DNA of 64,000 nucleotides from Camelus ferus (Eukaryota). Made by a program: the position numbers and the translations under genes. Numbering within the stretch: position 1 is the first letter of the stretch; every line of letters begins with the position of its first letter. Below are positions 1-10,671 of this stretch, piece after piece. The stretch spans positions 101,310,001 to 101,374,000 of the forward strand of contig NC_045697.1 of the NCBI RefSeq assembly GCF_009834535.1, written 5' to 3'. The notes below the pieces were generated by a model, which worked only from the letters and a program-made list of their open reading frames with translations, made no database searches and had not been told where the DNA came from.

Positions 1-32
1 GACCACCTAGAGTAACCCTACAGCTCCAAATC
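1..32 (-). other. Candidate exon running off the left edge, with a strong 3' splice site at 33-35
   Basis: Minus strand reads tctgtatttttcttttactctatcctag|GATTTGGAGCTGTAGGGTTACTCTAGGTGGTC, a long polypyrimidine tract plus TAG. Only one frame is open (IWSCRVTLGG). Confidence 0.55.
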
Positions 33-1329
33 CTAGGATAGAGTAAAAGAAAAATACAGATATATAGACTTTTATTTTAATTCCTGGCTATAGAAATGTA
101 AGATAAATAGTTACAATCCTAAAATAGATGGGTTGGTATCAACATAGAACTGTTATAACAATTGAAAGCCATTTCATAAATCCAAAATACTTAATAAATG
201 TTGGCAGTCATCTTTTTAGTAAGGATTAAAAAATCATTGGACCAGGTTGGGATCCTTTGTTGAAATAAATTATCAAGATGAAGGCAACATTCATTTTGGT
301 AACTGAGAAACAGAAAGGGATTAAAAACATGGTTGAGGGTAAGAATGTGACAGAGAAACAAAAGACAGTCAGTGTTTTTCTAGTCCAGAAGTACTCCAAC
401 AAGTTATTCCATCTCAAATTTATCTTTCTTGATAGGGTTAATATCTATCTTATTTATTTACTAAAATATCAAGTCAGATAAAAGATGTGACAGCACTTGA
501 AAATTGTCAAGTACTAAGAAAAGTAAAGCAATATCACTGCTAATAAATTAATCAGAACAGGTCTGTACATAGAAGGATAATGAAATTATATTAATTTCAT
601 TTATCTTTCAGATTAGAGTTAGAAGTTCAAGGCAATTTGTAATTCTACATTTTAATACAGGAAATAGAAATCTAGAAGTAAAATGAGAGTGAGAAGTGAG
701 TGATATATTTAAGAATGGACTAAGTTAGCATTTTAAAATGCAAAGACTATATCTTCTTTTTAGAGAATAAGAATATTTGCACAATTAGATCTTTCTTCAA
801 TATGGGAAACAGGTTGTTTTAAGACACAGCCATTTAATTGCATATTTTAAAAAATCTATCCAGTTTGCTGAAACAATTATATTTAATATTTTTAAATAGA
901 CCATTTATTATACCATAAAGAAGTTAATAGATTTGAGATTTGTATTCATTTGTAAATTGAAAGACTATTTTAATTGTTTTGATCTGTTCCTGAGCATTTC
1001 TATAGCAACTGTCACCATAGTTTTTAGATTTTCAGATAAAGCTACTTAAGAAATTAGGAACCTTTCAGTCAGTGAAATTTTTTTACTCTGATAAAATTAA
1101 AGAATGTGGAATATGAGAAGAAAGTAAAAAAAAGAAAAAGACGTTATTTTTTTAATGTCTGCTTATGCAAACTAATTATCTTGGGAAAATATTTCCATAT
1201 ATTCCAAAAAGATGACAAAGAACTAAAATGTATCAGAGAAACGGCTCAATATGTGTGTTCTTTGAAGTAATTAAAGTAATGACTTTGCTTGGGAATGTCA
1301 ACACCTAATTCTCAGGCCTGAGGATTCTA

Positions 1330-1850
1330 ATCGTCCACCTGATGGGTCCACCGAGCTCACTTTGCAGTTTCAGTTCTGGGCTGGACAGAAGGCACGCGAG
1401 GCCCCTGCCTCGGAAGAAGTTAACTCAGCAGCTTGTTGATTTTCCCTGTTCACCACGACCCACATCATCCACGCCGGAACTCTGATGGGGGCGGACTACG
1501 CCCTGCCCCATCAAGATATTTCATCAAGGCTCAGAGCCTAGCTGGCGACTCACCTACTTAGTTCCACTGCGCTGAGGCCCATACTGCTGCCGCCGCACCC
1601 AACTACGTCTCCCGACTTCCACCCCAAGCTGTTTGCCTGCTTGCTGGCCCCTGGATCTCTCTGCCACCTCTGCTGCCCTCTGTGGCCATGGCAGTTACGT
1701 CCCTTTCCAGCTTTCTGTCTAATACAGCACACCAAGGTCTCACTTAATGCTGGGGTCATTCTTCCTCGGCTCAGAGTAGGTGGTTGTCATCCAAAACCTG
1801 GTACTGCAGCATATACAGACGTGGGGGATGCGAGAGTCCAAGGTGAGATA
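1330..1850. promoter_or_regulatory. Weak CpG island, probable promoter (possibly bidirectional)
   Basis: About 18 CpGs by hand count in 1330-1700 against a CpG-poor background. GC box GGGGGCGG at 1487-1494, ETS-like CCGGAA at 1474-1479, ACTACGTCTCCCG at 1602-1614 matching ACTAYRnnnCCCR (ZNF143/THAP11-associated). Outward-facing donors at 1553 (-) and 1843 (+). Confidence 0.55.
1554..1582 (-). CDS. Candidate first coding segment or uORF (MGLSAVELS...) ending at donor AG|GTGAGT; product unidentified
   Basis: ATG at 1582-1580 in a strong Kozak context (agtATGG). Donor GTGAGT at 1553-1548. A phase-2 splice to the acceptor at 33 keeps the frame open. I did not recognise the protein. Confidence 0.3.
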
Positions 1851-2059
1851 TTAGACAGTTTCTAACACTTGGGAATGCCAAAATCCAGTTAATCCCTTTT
1901 ATTCAAAACCATGAAACAGACAACAAATACAGTAAAATAATAATAACAATCAGTTTCGTATTTGTATATACTTAATATTTATAATCAAAAAATTTAAGTT
2001 TTTTGAATCCTTAATTTAGAGGAAAACACTAATAGAAATGGGATATAAATATTTTAATT

Positions 2060-3200
2060 CATTAAGAGAAAACAAAAAATAGAGACTTAAGGGCAAACAA
2101 AATTACAAGAAAGCAGGGAAAGCAGAAAATATGAACAAGATAACTGGAGTAAGAAATTAAATCTTATTTTTTTGACCCCAAATTCTTATATTTCATATCC
2201 CCTTTTTTCCTCAGAAATTTCATTTCTAGGATTTTATTCTGAAGAAATGATTGATGTGTCAGAGAGGCTACAACCATATGCCCTGCAGCTTTGTTTACTA
2301 ATGAAAAAAATGGAAATATTATAAACAGCCAAAAGACCTTTTTAAGCATTATGATACAGTGAGATGCAATCTGCCATTAAAAATATTTCCATTAACTAAA
2401 TGAAGTGATATAAAAATTTCAGAATATTTTACGAAGTAGTCAAGAACACTAAAAACAATGGGATCTCATGTTTAGAATAATCTGCTTACTACATAAGTAT
2501 ATATATATGTGTATATACAAAAAATTGAAAAGTACACATCAAAATATTAACAGTTAGGGGGAGAAGATTGCTGATTTACATATAACTGATCCATAATCCT
2601 CAATTATTCTGCAAGAAACACACTTTCACTTCTGCAATAGAAGAATAAAACTATATATAATCCCTGATTAGGTTAAAGAAAAATGTGAAAACCTATTTAC
2701 AAGTAATACACCTAAAGAAAATGATAGGAGAGTTTCAAAACACAAAGATGAGGAAAAGTTTATAGGTAAGTTAAGTTAAAATGTAATTAGAGATAAAGCC
2801 ATCACTTGTACTGAAAAATATTAAATGAATTAAGAAAAATTTATTAATGACATTATACAGCTATTAAAACCAGATTTTCACTCAATATTTTATTAATGAA
2901 TGCCTTATGATGCAATATTAAGCAAAAAAGACACCTAACTGTATGCACATTATAAGCCCATTAATAAAATATGCAATAGATATGGCATATTACATTTAAT
3001 ATATTAAATATGCATATAAGAAAGTTTAATGACTATATTATGCACAGCACTTATTATGACATACACATTATGAAAGAAGACCATAAGAAATAAAGTAAAA
3101 CATTCATAATGACTTTCCTGTGTGATTCATTAAATGATTTTTTTAAATATTCATAGCATATTTTCATATTTGTATACAAATATACTATTTTTATAAACAG
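2060..3200 (+). mobile_element. Highly decayed old L1 (L1ME-like) 3' fragments
   Basis: A-rich text resembling L1 3' regions (cagctttgtttactaatgaaaa, gcaatctgccattaaaaa, acacatcaaaatattaacagt). Boundaries are approximate. Confidence 0.45.
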
Positions 3201-4299
3201 AAAAAATATTTAAAATATGAAATAGGTATCAGCTACTAAAGTCAATCATTTCATGTAATATAAAAGATAAGATCAGAAGAGGAAAATACATGAAAAAGGA
3301 ATAAAAAATTAAGCCTTTCTTCTGTTTTTTAAAACAAATTCATTAGTGTCATGGCTCAGAATCTAGAAACACAGAGAATGATGATTTTTTAATAACAGCA
3401 AAAATCAATCACATGAATTTCCTTTTTCTAACACTTTTGAGGTAGTTCCAAGATTCAAGTAGTTCTAAGACTGGAAATAGGATTTTTTACCACACAATTG
3501 ATATCCTGTGTGTGCACATGTGCTTACTTTCCTAGATGCCAAACACCTACAAAGTGCTAAAGTCCAATGACATCACCAGAGCTGGCACGGGGAAGAAAAG
3601 GGTACAGACGAGGGCTATCTATCAACCTTTTAATTTGCTGAAATCCTTTAATGAGAACTAATAACCCTTAATATTCATTTGCTTGATAAACAAGCCATTT
3701 TATTTGAATGGAAGGTCAACATTGCCTGAGGCTATTTTCATGCTGTTCTGTCAAATTTTAATGGCTGCTGGAGTTCAGTTGCTATAAATACACATACCAA
3801 ATGTCCACCCGTATATTTAAGCATGGGCTTTATAAATAAAGGAAATCACTGAACACGACATGTCACTCTTTGTGGTCAGGCACTTAAAGCTGACATTCTG
3901 GGGCAATGCGGACCTTACTGACATCATAATGGGCTCAAGAACCAGCACCAGATGGGATCAGCAGTAAGATTCGTTGCCTAAATGGCATAACCAGGGAGAG
4001 CTCTTAGAATCTGTGTGCCTAACTGTAGCCACTTTCTCCACCCCTCCTATGCTTGTCTGATACTCATGTTTTGCCTTTTTTCTTAGTTCCTGATCTCTTC
4101 TCCAGTTTCTTGCCCCAGAGTCCTGACCCACTCGGCGAGGACTTTGCTATCTATACATTGGAAGCTACTTCCACCATCAGGTACTGATCATGATGCTCAC
4201 AGAACCTAGCTCCACAAGTGCAGACCACCAAGCCCAGTAACGATGATGCACTGTACCAGCCTGTTTGAATGTGGCTTCTACCTGGACATTAGAGAGGAC

Positions 4300-4497
4300 A
4301 GGAGTGCAGCTTCTGGGGTCAGATTACTGGGCTCCAGTCCTGTGTCAGTTGCTTACTAACTGCATGAACAAGAATGAGCCACTTAACTTCCCTAAGCCTG
4401 TATCTCCTTCTGAGAAAATATCTGCAAGGGGTTATTTTGGGAATTAAATGAGAGTCTACATAAGAAGCCAAGCATATGTCCAGCACTTGGTAAGTCC
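4300..4497 (+). mobile_element. MIR SINE
   Basis: MIR core: gcttactaactgcatgaac...ccacttaacttccctaagcctgtatctcc...gaattaaatgaga...cagcacttggtaagt. Confidence 0.7.
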
Positions 4498-4756
4498 AGG
4501 AGCAGGCTACTTGTGGATAGTGAAAAACATAAGGGCTTCAAGAGCCAGACGAGCCCGCAGATCCTTCTGCTCAGGTTGAAAGACAAGGAAGATGACTGGG
4601 CAGAGATAATAGGGAATAGGAGTACAGTTTAGGAACTAACTTCTGAAATTATGATTCAAGGTTTAATCTCTGTCATATAAAAAGCTAGAAGCCTAGATAT
4701 CTAGGTATAAAATCAGTGCCAGGAAAAAAAGCAAGAGTATCTTAATATAAACTTAC

Positions 4757-4809
4757 CTGAAAGGTTAAGATAAACCTGAAATTTCATTCAACAAGATAGA
4801 TAATTAGTT
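4757..4809 (-). other. Candidate 53-nt non-coding exon
   Basis: Acceptor gtttcatccctttctcatgctctag and a perfect consensus donor CAG|GTAAGT (4756-4751). Stops occur in all three frames. Confidence 0.3.
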
Positions 4810-5289
4810 CTAGAGCATGAGAAAGGGATGAAAACATAGATGTAGGTGAAAACACCAAGGCTTTGGGGTTTGGAAGCATGTTATATTGAAAGTCAGAGGA
4901 TCATTACACCCACCTTTACTCTTGAGCCATATGAATCTATCCTAACAACTGCTGACTCACCAGTCTTGCTAAAGTGCACTATGACCATCTGCCAATTCAT
5001 CTCTCAGAGCCTCTGAATGGATTACAGAATTACATATGATCTCTTCTGCACAACATCATCATATGATCCAGCTTTCCTTTGCACCCTTTATACCATACAT
5101 TTCCACCTACACTTAGCGCTCCAACAAAACAGACTGAGACAAACAAGGCATTTCCTGCCTTCGTGTTTTTGCTCTTATAATTCCTTCTTCCCAGAAATCC
5201 CTCCCACTTTGTAAATTCGTTGCAATTCTACCCATCCTGCAAGACCTGTCCCATACAGTCTCACTGTGTGATGCTGCAACTCGAGTTGG

Positions 5290-5470
5290 GTAGACTATGT
5301 GGATCCAGAAACCAAGGGATGGAAGGCACGGTCCTTGCTACCACTGGCAGTGACACCTGGGAAATGTGTGCTTATCATCCTCATAACTCTAGGCTCTAAG
5401 TGCACAGAAGTCATAGTTCCCAGGTAGTAACACTTCTAGTAGGGGACACAGTAAAAGTCCCATTGAACTA
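5290..5470 (+). mobile_element. ERVL-class internal region (ERV3-16A3/MLT-int-like), left part
   Basis: ggatccagaaaccaagggatggaagg...aggggacacagtaaaagtcccattgaacta resembles the 3' internal sequence of old ERVL elements. It resumes after the L1 at about 7070. Confidence 0.7.
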
Positions 5471-7010
5471 TTTTAAATGTTTATTTTACCGAGGTATAAT
5501 TTACATAATTTACCCTTTTAAGTGTACAATTCTGAGTTTTGTAAAGTGCATCTAATGAGGTACCACCATCAAATCAAGATATAGAATAATTCCATCACTC
5601 CAAAATAAATACTTATGCTCCTTTATAGTCAAATCCTCAATGCTTCATGCCTCAATGTTTTCTGTCCTTATAGGTTTGCCTTTTCCAGAATGGAATTATA
5701 CAGTATGTAACATTTTGAGTCTGGCTTCTTTCAATTGGTATGTTCTTTCATGAATCAATAGTTCATTCCTTTTTACTACTGAGTTTCTACATACTTCATT
5801 GTATGAATGCACCACAGTTTATTTATTAATTAACCAGATGAAGGACACTTGCATGGTTTCCATTTTTGGCTATTATGAACAAAACTGTTATATATAAATA
5901 TTCACATACAGGTTCTAATGTACTTACATGTGAACATAAGCTTTCATTTCTCGTGAGCAAATACCTAAGAGAAGGACTGCTGAGTTATATGGTAGGTGTA
6001 CGTTTACCTTTACAGGAAACTTCCAAACTCTTTTCGGAAGTGGCTGTTCTGTTTTGCCTCTCAGCAATGTTTGAGACTTCCAGATATTCTGGACTCTCGC
6101 CAGCCCTTGGTATAGATATAGTCCTTTATATTCCTTTATTTAAAAAATTCAGTCATTCTCATAGATGTATAGTAGTGTCTCATTGTGGCTTCAATTTGTT
6201 TTTCCCTAATGACTAATGTTATTGAGCATCTTTTCATGTACTTATTTTTCATCTGTACATGGCAAAGTGTCTCTTCAATTATTTTGCTTTTTATTGAGCT
6301 GTACTGTTTTCTTCTTGAACTCTGAGAATCTTTTATATCTTGTGGATATAAGCCCTGTACCAAATATGCATCTGCAAATATTTTCCTCCCATCTATGGCC
6401 TGGCTTGTGTTTTCATTTTCTTAACTATGTATTTTGAAGAGCAGAAGATTCTAATTTTGATAGTTTAAAAATTTATAATTTTTCTATGGATCGGTTTTGG
6501 TGCCATATCTAAGGAATTTTTATATAACCAAAGGTCACAAATACCTTCTCTCATTATTTTTCTAAAAGTTTTATAGTTTAGGTTATGCATTTAGGTCCAG
6601 GATTCATGTAGAGTTAAGTTTTGTACATGGTGTGTGGTATGGATTGAAGTTCATTTTTTTTGGATATGGATATTCAATTTTTCCAGTATCTTTTGTTGAA
6701 ATGACTACCTTTTTCCAAGTGAATTAATCTTGTACCTTTGTCAGAATCACTTGACTATGTATGTGTAAGCCTATTTCTGAATCCAAATCTTTCTCATTCA
6801 TCCATATATCTATCCTTTTTCTAATACCACCTACTCTGGATTATGGTAGTTTTATACTAAGTCTTGAGTGTGAGTCTTTCATCTTTGTCCATCTTTTAAG
6901 AAATTATTTCAGCAATTATTATTCTTTTGCCTTTCTAAATGTTAAAATCAACTTGCCAATTTCCATAAAAAATTATTTTGGCATTGACTGAGATTGCATT
7001 GAACCTATTC
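5471..7010 (-). mobile_element. 5'-truncated old L1 (L1MB/MC-like): 3' UTR plus decayed ORF2 C-terminus
   Basis: Antisense L1 3' end (gaggtataatttacataa...aagtgtacaattc...caagatatagaataattccatcac). ORF remnant KYMKRCSITLVIREKQIEATMRHYY matches the L1 ORF2p C-terminus. Confidence 0.9.
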
Positions 7011-7069
7011 TGTTCCTTAAAGTTCTAAAAATTGCACTGATATAGTTTGGAAAGAGTCTTGTTGAATAT

Positions 7070-7600
7070 TAACCTATGAATGCTGCCGGTCACTTCATGT
7101 CAAAACATAGGTAGGCAGGAAAGGAGTCACACACACGACTCTGACTGTCATGAGGAGACAGGGATGTTGTAACTCAGTGTGGGAAGAGAATAATACATTT
7201 GCAACCTGCTCCTGATGGGCACTTCTCTGTACTCTCCTACCCAATGTTGATGGTCAACTGACAAATGCCATGGTGTATACTAGCCGGAGAAGGCTATGGG
7301 AATCTGGGGCTCTGACCCTTCAGGGATTTGGATCAGACCACTAGGTAAGCCATCCAGACCAGCAGAGGTTCCAGCTAGGGGTGAATGTAACCTAGAATAA
7401 GTACAAATTGATGAAGACCATGAGTATCAGTTGCAGCTTCAAGTTCTGCTGCAGGGGTAGGACTGAAGTCGGTCAGACTAACTTTCTTCTATTATATTTC
7501 CTCAGAAAAAGAAACCAACCATAATCCAGGAAAAGCTGTTCCTATATAGGGTGAGTTACTACTTAAAGCAAGTGAATCTGGGTGAAGCCAGCCCCTAGAT
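7070..7600 (+). mobile_element. ERVL-class internal region, right part
   Basis: Continues the element at 5290-5470: gctgccggtcacttc...ggctctgacccttcaggga...ccactaggtaagccatccagaccagcagagg...gagtatcagttgcag. Confidence 0.7.
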
Positions 7601-7960
7601 AACCTGTCAGGCCCAAGCACTCGTTTCTCCAGCTGCTAGGAGTGGTGGCTGCTAACGGTTCATAGCTGAGTCTCAGCCCAGATGGCAGCTGGAAGCTGTC
7701 TCCCTTATCCTGGGTTACGCTTCCACCCAGGGAGAGTCTGCTTCCAATGACTGGGCCCTACCTCCTTCCCTAATTTTGGGCTACATCCCAGGCTACCAAT
7801 AGGACTGTCTGAGGCTTCTCTCTAACGTAACTACATTACTATTCAACTTCTCCCTCTGCCCACCCTGCTTCTCCCAACAATTTCATACAGGAGTTGTTTC
7901 CAAGAGCATTTTCCAGTAAGCCCCCTGAATATAAACCTACTCAGAATCTGGTCCCTTTGT
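7601..7960 (+). mobile_element. LTR16-like ERVL 3' LTR
   Basis: ttcaacttctccctctgcccaccctgcttc...caagagcattttccagtaag...ctcagaatctg matches my recall of the LTR16 3' end and directly follows the internal region. Confidence 0.7.
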
Positions 7961-8834
7961 AAACTGTCCTACCTGTAGGTCCTGTAGGTCCTGCACCTCT
8001 AACGTTCCTCTTTCAGTACCTCTGAGAGGTAGTCTGGCCCGATTTGGTCTTAAAGCTTCCTCAGGTGTTTATGATGCCCTACTGGGAACCAGTGGCATTA
8101 TGGATTGAGTTTGGACAGTGTTTTGAGCCAATTCTGGTAATCAATTTTTAAGAAAAAAATAGATATGCCTATTAAAAGTGTAGAGTACACAAGGAGAGTC
8201 TCCTGCCCTGTTGAGGTCATGAATGGTGACAACATGAATTTACTTTTTCAGGAGAAATATAAATATGAAGGCAGATCATCATGACATTATTTATTAGAAG
8301 ACCATGGTGATGGTCTGCTGAATTAAACCTACAAGACCTGGTGGCTGGGCACTAGGACTGTAAGAAGTGAGTCACCCAGAGCGGTCAATCCCATGAGATG
8401 TCCTCTAGTCCTGCAACATGTCTGGTTCCTGCTAGTTAATAAAACCAATCTGGTTAGAAGAAATATTTAATTCTAAGTGTCTGATACTGTCCAAACTAGT
8501 AACAATGATTTAAGTTCCTCTTGAGAAGTGATTTTTTTAGATGGTACAGACTCTGTGGCCAGCACGTATTTCTCATTAGACAACTGACTTTGGTTGTGAG
8601 CTCGGGCAAATCAGTTTACACTGCCAGGCTTCACTGCCTTATTTTCAAAATGTAGATGTTGAGATAGGTATTCCTTAGGTTTCTTCTGACTCTGCATGAC
8701 AGACTCTCCTATGATCTGTTTCTCCAAAAAAAAGAAGACCAAGTATAAAGGAAATCTGACAATGTAATAAGATACAGAAAAGGTTAGTGAAAGGAAAGTT
8801 ACCTGCCACACATCCATACATGAGATACATTTTT

Positions 8835-9569
8835 TTTCTTTTCTATTACATTTATTACAAGATATTGAATATAGTTCTCTGTGCTATACAGAAGGACCTT
8901 GTTGTTTATCTATTTTATATACAGTAGTTTGTATCTGCTAATCCCAAACTCTTAATTTAGCCCTCCCCACTGCCCTTTCCCTTTGGTAACCATAAGTTTG
9001 TTTTCTATGTCTGAGTCTGTTTCTGTTTCATAAATAAGTTCATTTGTATCATATTTTAGACTCCACATATAAGTGTTATCATATGGTATTTTTCTTTCTT
9101 TCTGGCTTACTTCACTTAGTATGACAATTTCCAGGTCCATCCATGTTGTTGCAAATGGCATTATTTCATTCTATTTTATGGTTGAATAACATTCCATTGT
9201 CTACATATACCACATCTTCTCTATCCAGTCATCTGTCGATGGACATTTAAGTAGTTTCCATGTCTTGGCTGTTGTAAATAGTGCTGCTATAAACACTGAG
9301 GTGCATGTATCTTTTTGAATTGGAGTTTTCTTCAGATATATGCCCAGGAGTGGGATTGTTGGATCATATGGTAAGTCTGTTCTTACTTTTTAAAGGAACC
9401 TCCATACTGTTTTCCATTGTGCCTACACCAAATTACATTCCCATCAACAGTGTAGGAGGGTTCCCTTTTCTCCACTCCCTCTCTGGCACTTACCGTTTGT
9501 GGACTTTTTAATGATGGCCATTCTGACTGCCGTGAAGTGATATCTCATTGTAGTTTTGATTTGTTTTTC
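8835..9569 (-). mobile_element. Younger 5'-truncated L1 with a perfect 16-bp TSD
   Basis: TSD catgagatacattttt at 8819-8834 and 9570-9585. Translates to MPFATTWMDLEIVILSEVSQ and [27 protein letters not shown], typical of the L1 3' region. Confidence 0.95.
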
Positions 9570-10619
9570 CATGAGATACATTTTTAATCTGCATTTTGAA
9601 CTGGAAGCAATGTTACACAGCCTATCCTCAAATGGCTTTACTGCAAACATGTGTAACTGACCTGAAGTTAGACCAGCATTCAGCAAGTTGAGTATCTCAT
9701 CCACTCAAAGATTTGTTATTTCCTTTATCTTGCAATGAAGAATTGTATAAAACGTTCCTGAGACATCTTCCCAAGAGATAGTAATTTATCTTCTCTAACC
9801 TTAAAAATTCCATTTAACAGTAAGTCTGGGAGAATGGTTCTATTGTTTTAAGAAAAAAAAAAAAAAGAAATCACTTACTAGTAAAAACAGGTTTCCTTTC
9901 ATCTCCTTCAACTTAGTTTTAGCTCTCAAGCTATCCCTGGATATCCCAGATATCCAGACCCCTAGAACAGCAATGTTTCAGAGACAGCCACTGTGGCAGA
10001 CAGAAAGTGGAGAAAAGCTTTTATTTGCTTTATATACTATTTATTTATATATTATACCTCTGAATATGATTTCTTTGGAAGACAAAGTCCTGCTGCTTTA
10101 GCCAAATCAGGAAAACATTTATTGAGAATCCAAAGTTTGATAAGACACTTAATATACTTTCTTTAAAAAGCAAGGAATCCTAATGGGATCCCCCTGGTCC
10201 CCTCTGAGTTTCTTGGAAACTAAATTGCACTGGAAACTGTGGGGCTATTTTTTGTCCTCTGGTAAGATCCTGCATAAGTGTTTACCTATTGCAAAACATA
10301 TTATTTGATGATAGCTTACTTTTCTTTTTATTTCTTCGTTTATGGCATTAGATTGAGTTTTTAAAATTATGTATATAGGCAGATTGCATTGTTTCTGAAT
10401 TTTGTTTCAGGATAGTAAAGCAGGTATTCCAAAATAGTTGTTATAGAAAGGTTGAGAAACACTAATTAAAATAAATGTCATTTGAGGGGTCATGCGTAGT
10501 TGGAAGGTATTTAAGCATGGGCAGTCTATTCTCTGGCACCATCAGTACCTCAAACCCATACAGAGGTTTGAGCTCTAAAAGATAAAGGTTTGACAAATCC
10601 TCATCTAGCATTAAACACT

Positions 10620-10671
10620 ATTCTATAAAGAGAACTCTTCAAGTTCTCTCTTCAAGTTCTCTTTATAGAAT
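10620..10671. repeat. Perfect 17-bp inverted repeat enclosing a 13-bp tandem duplication
   Basis: Arms attctataaagagaact (10620-10636) and agttctctttatagaat (10655-10671). ctcttcaagttct occurs twice at 10635-10660. Confidence 0.95.
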
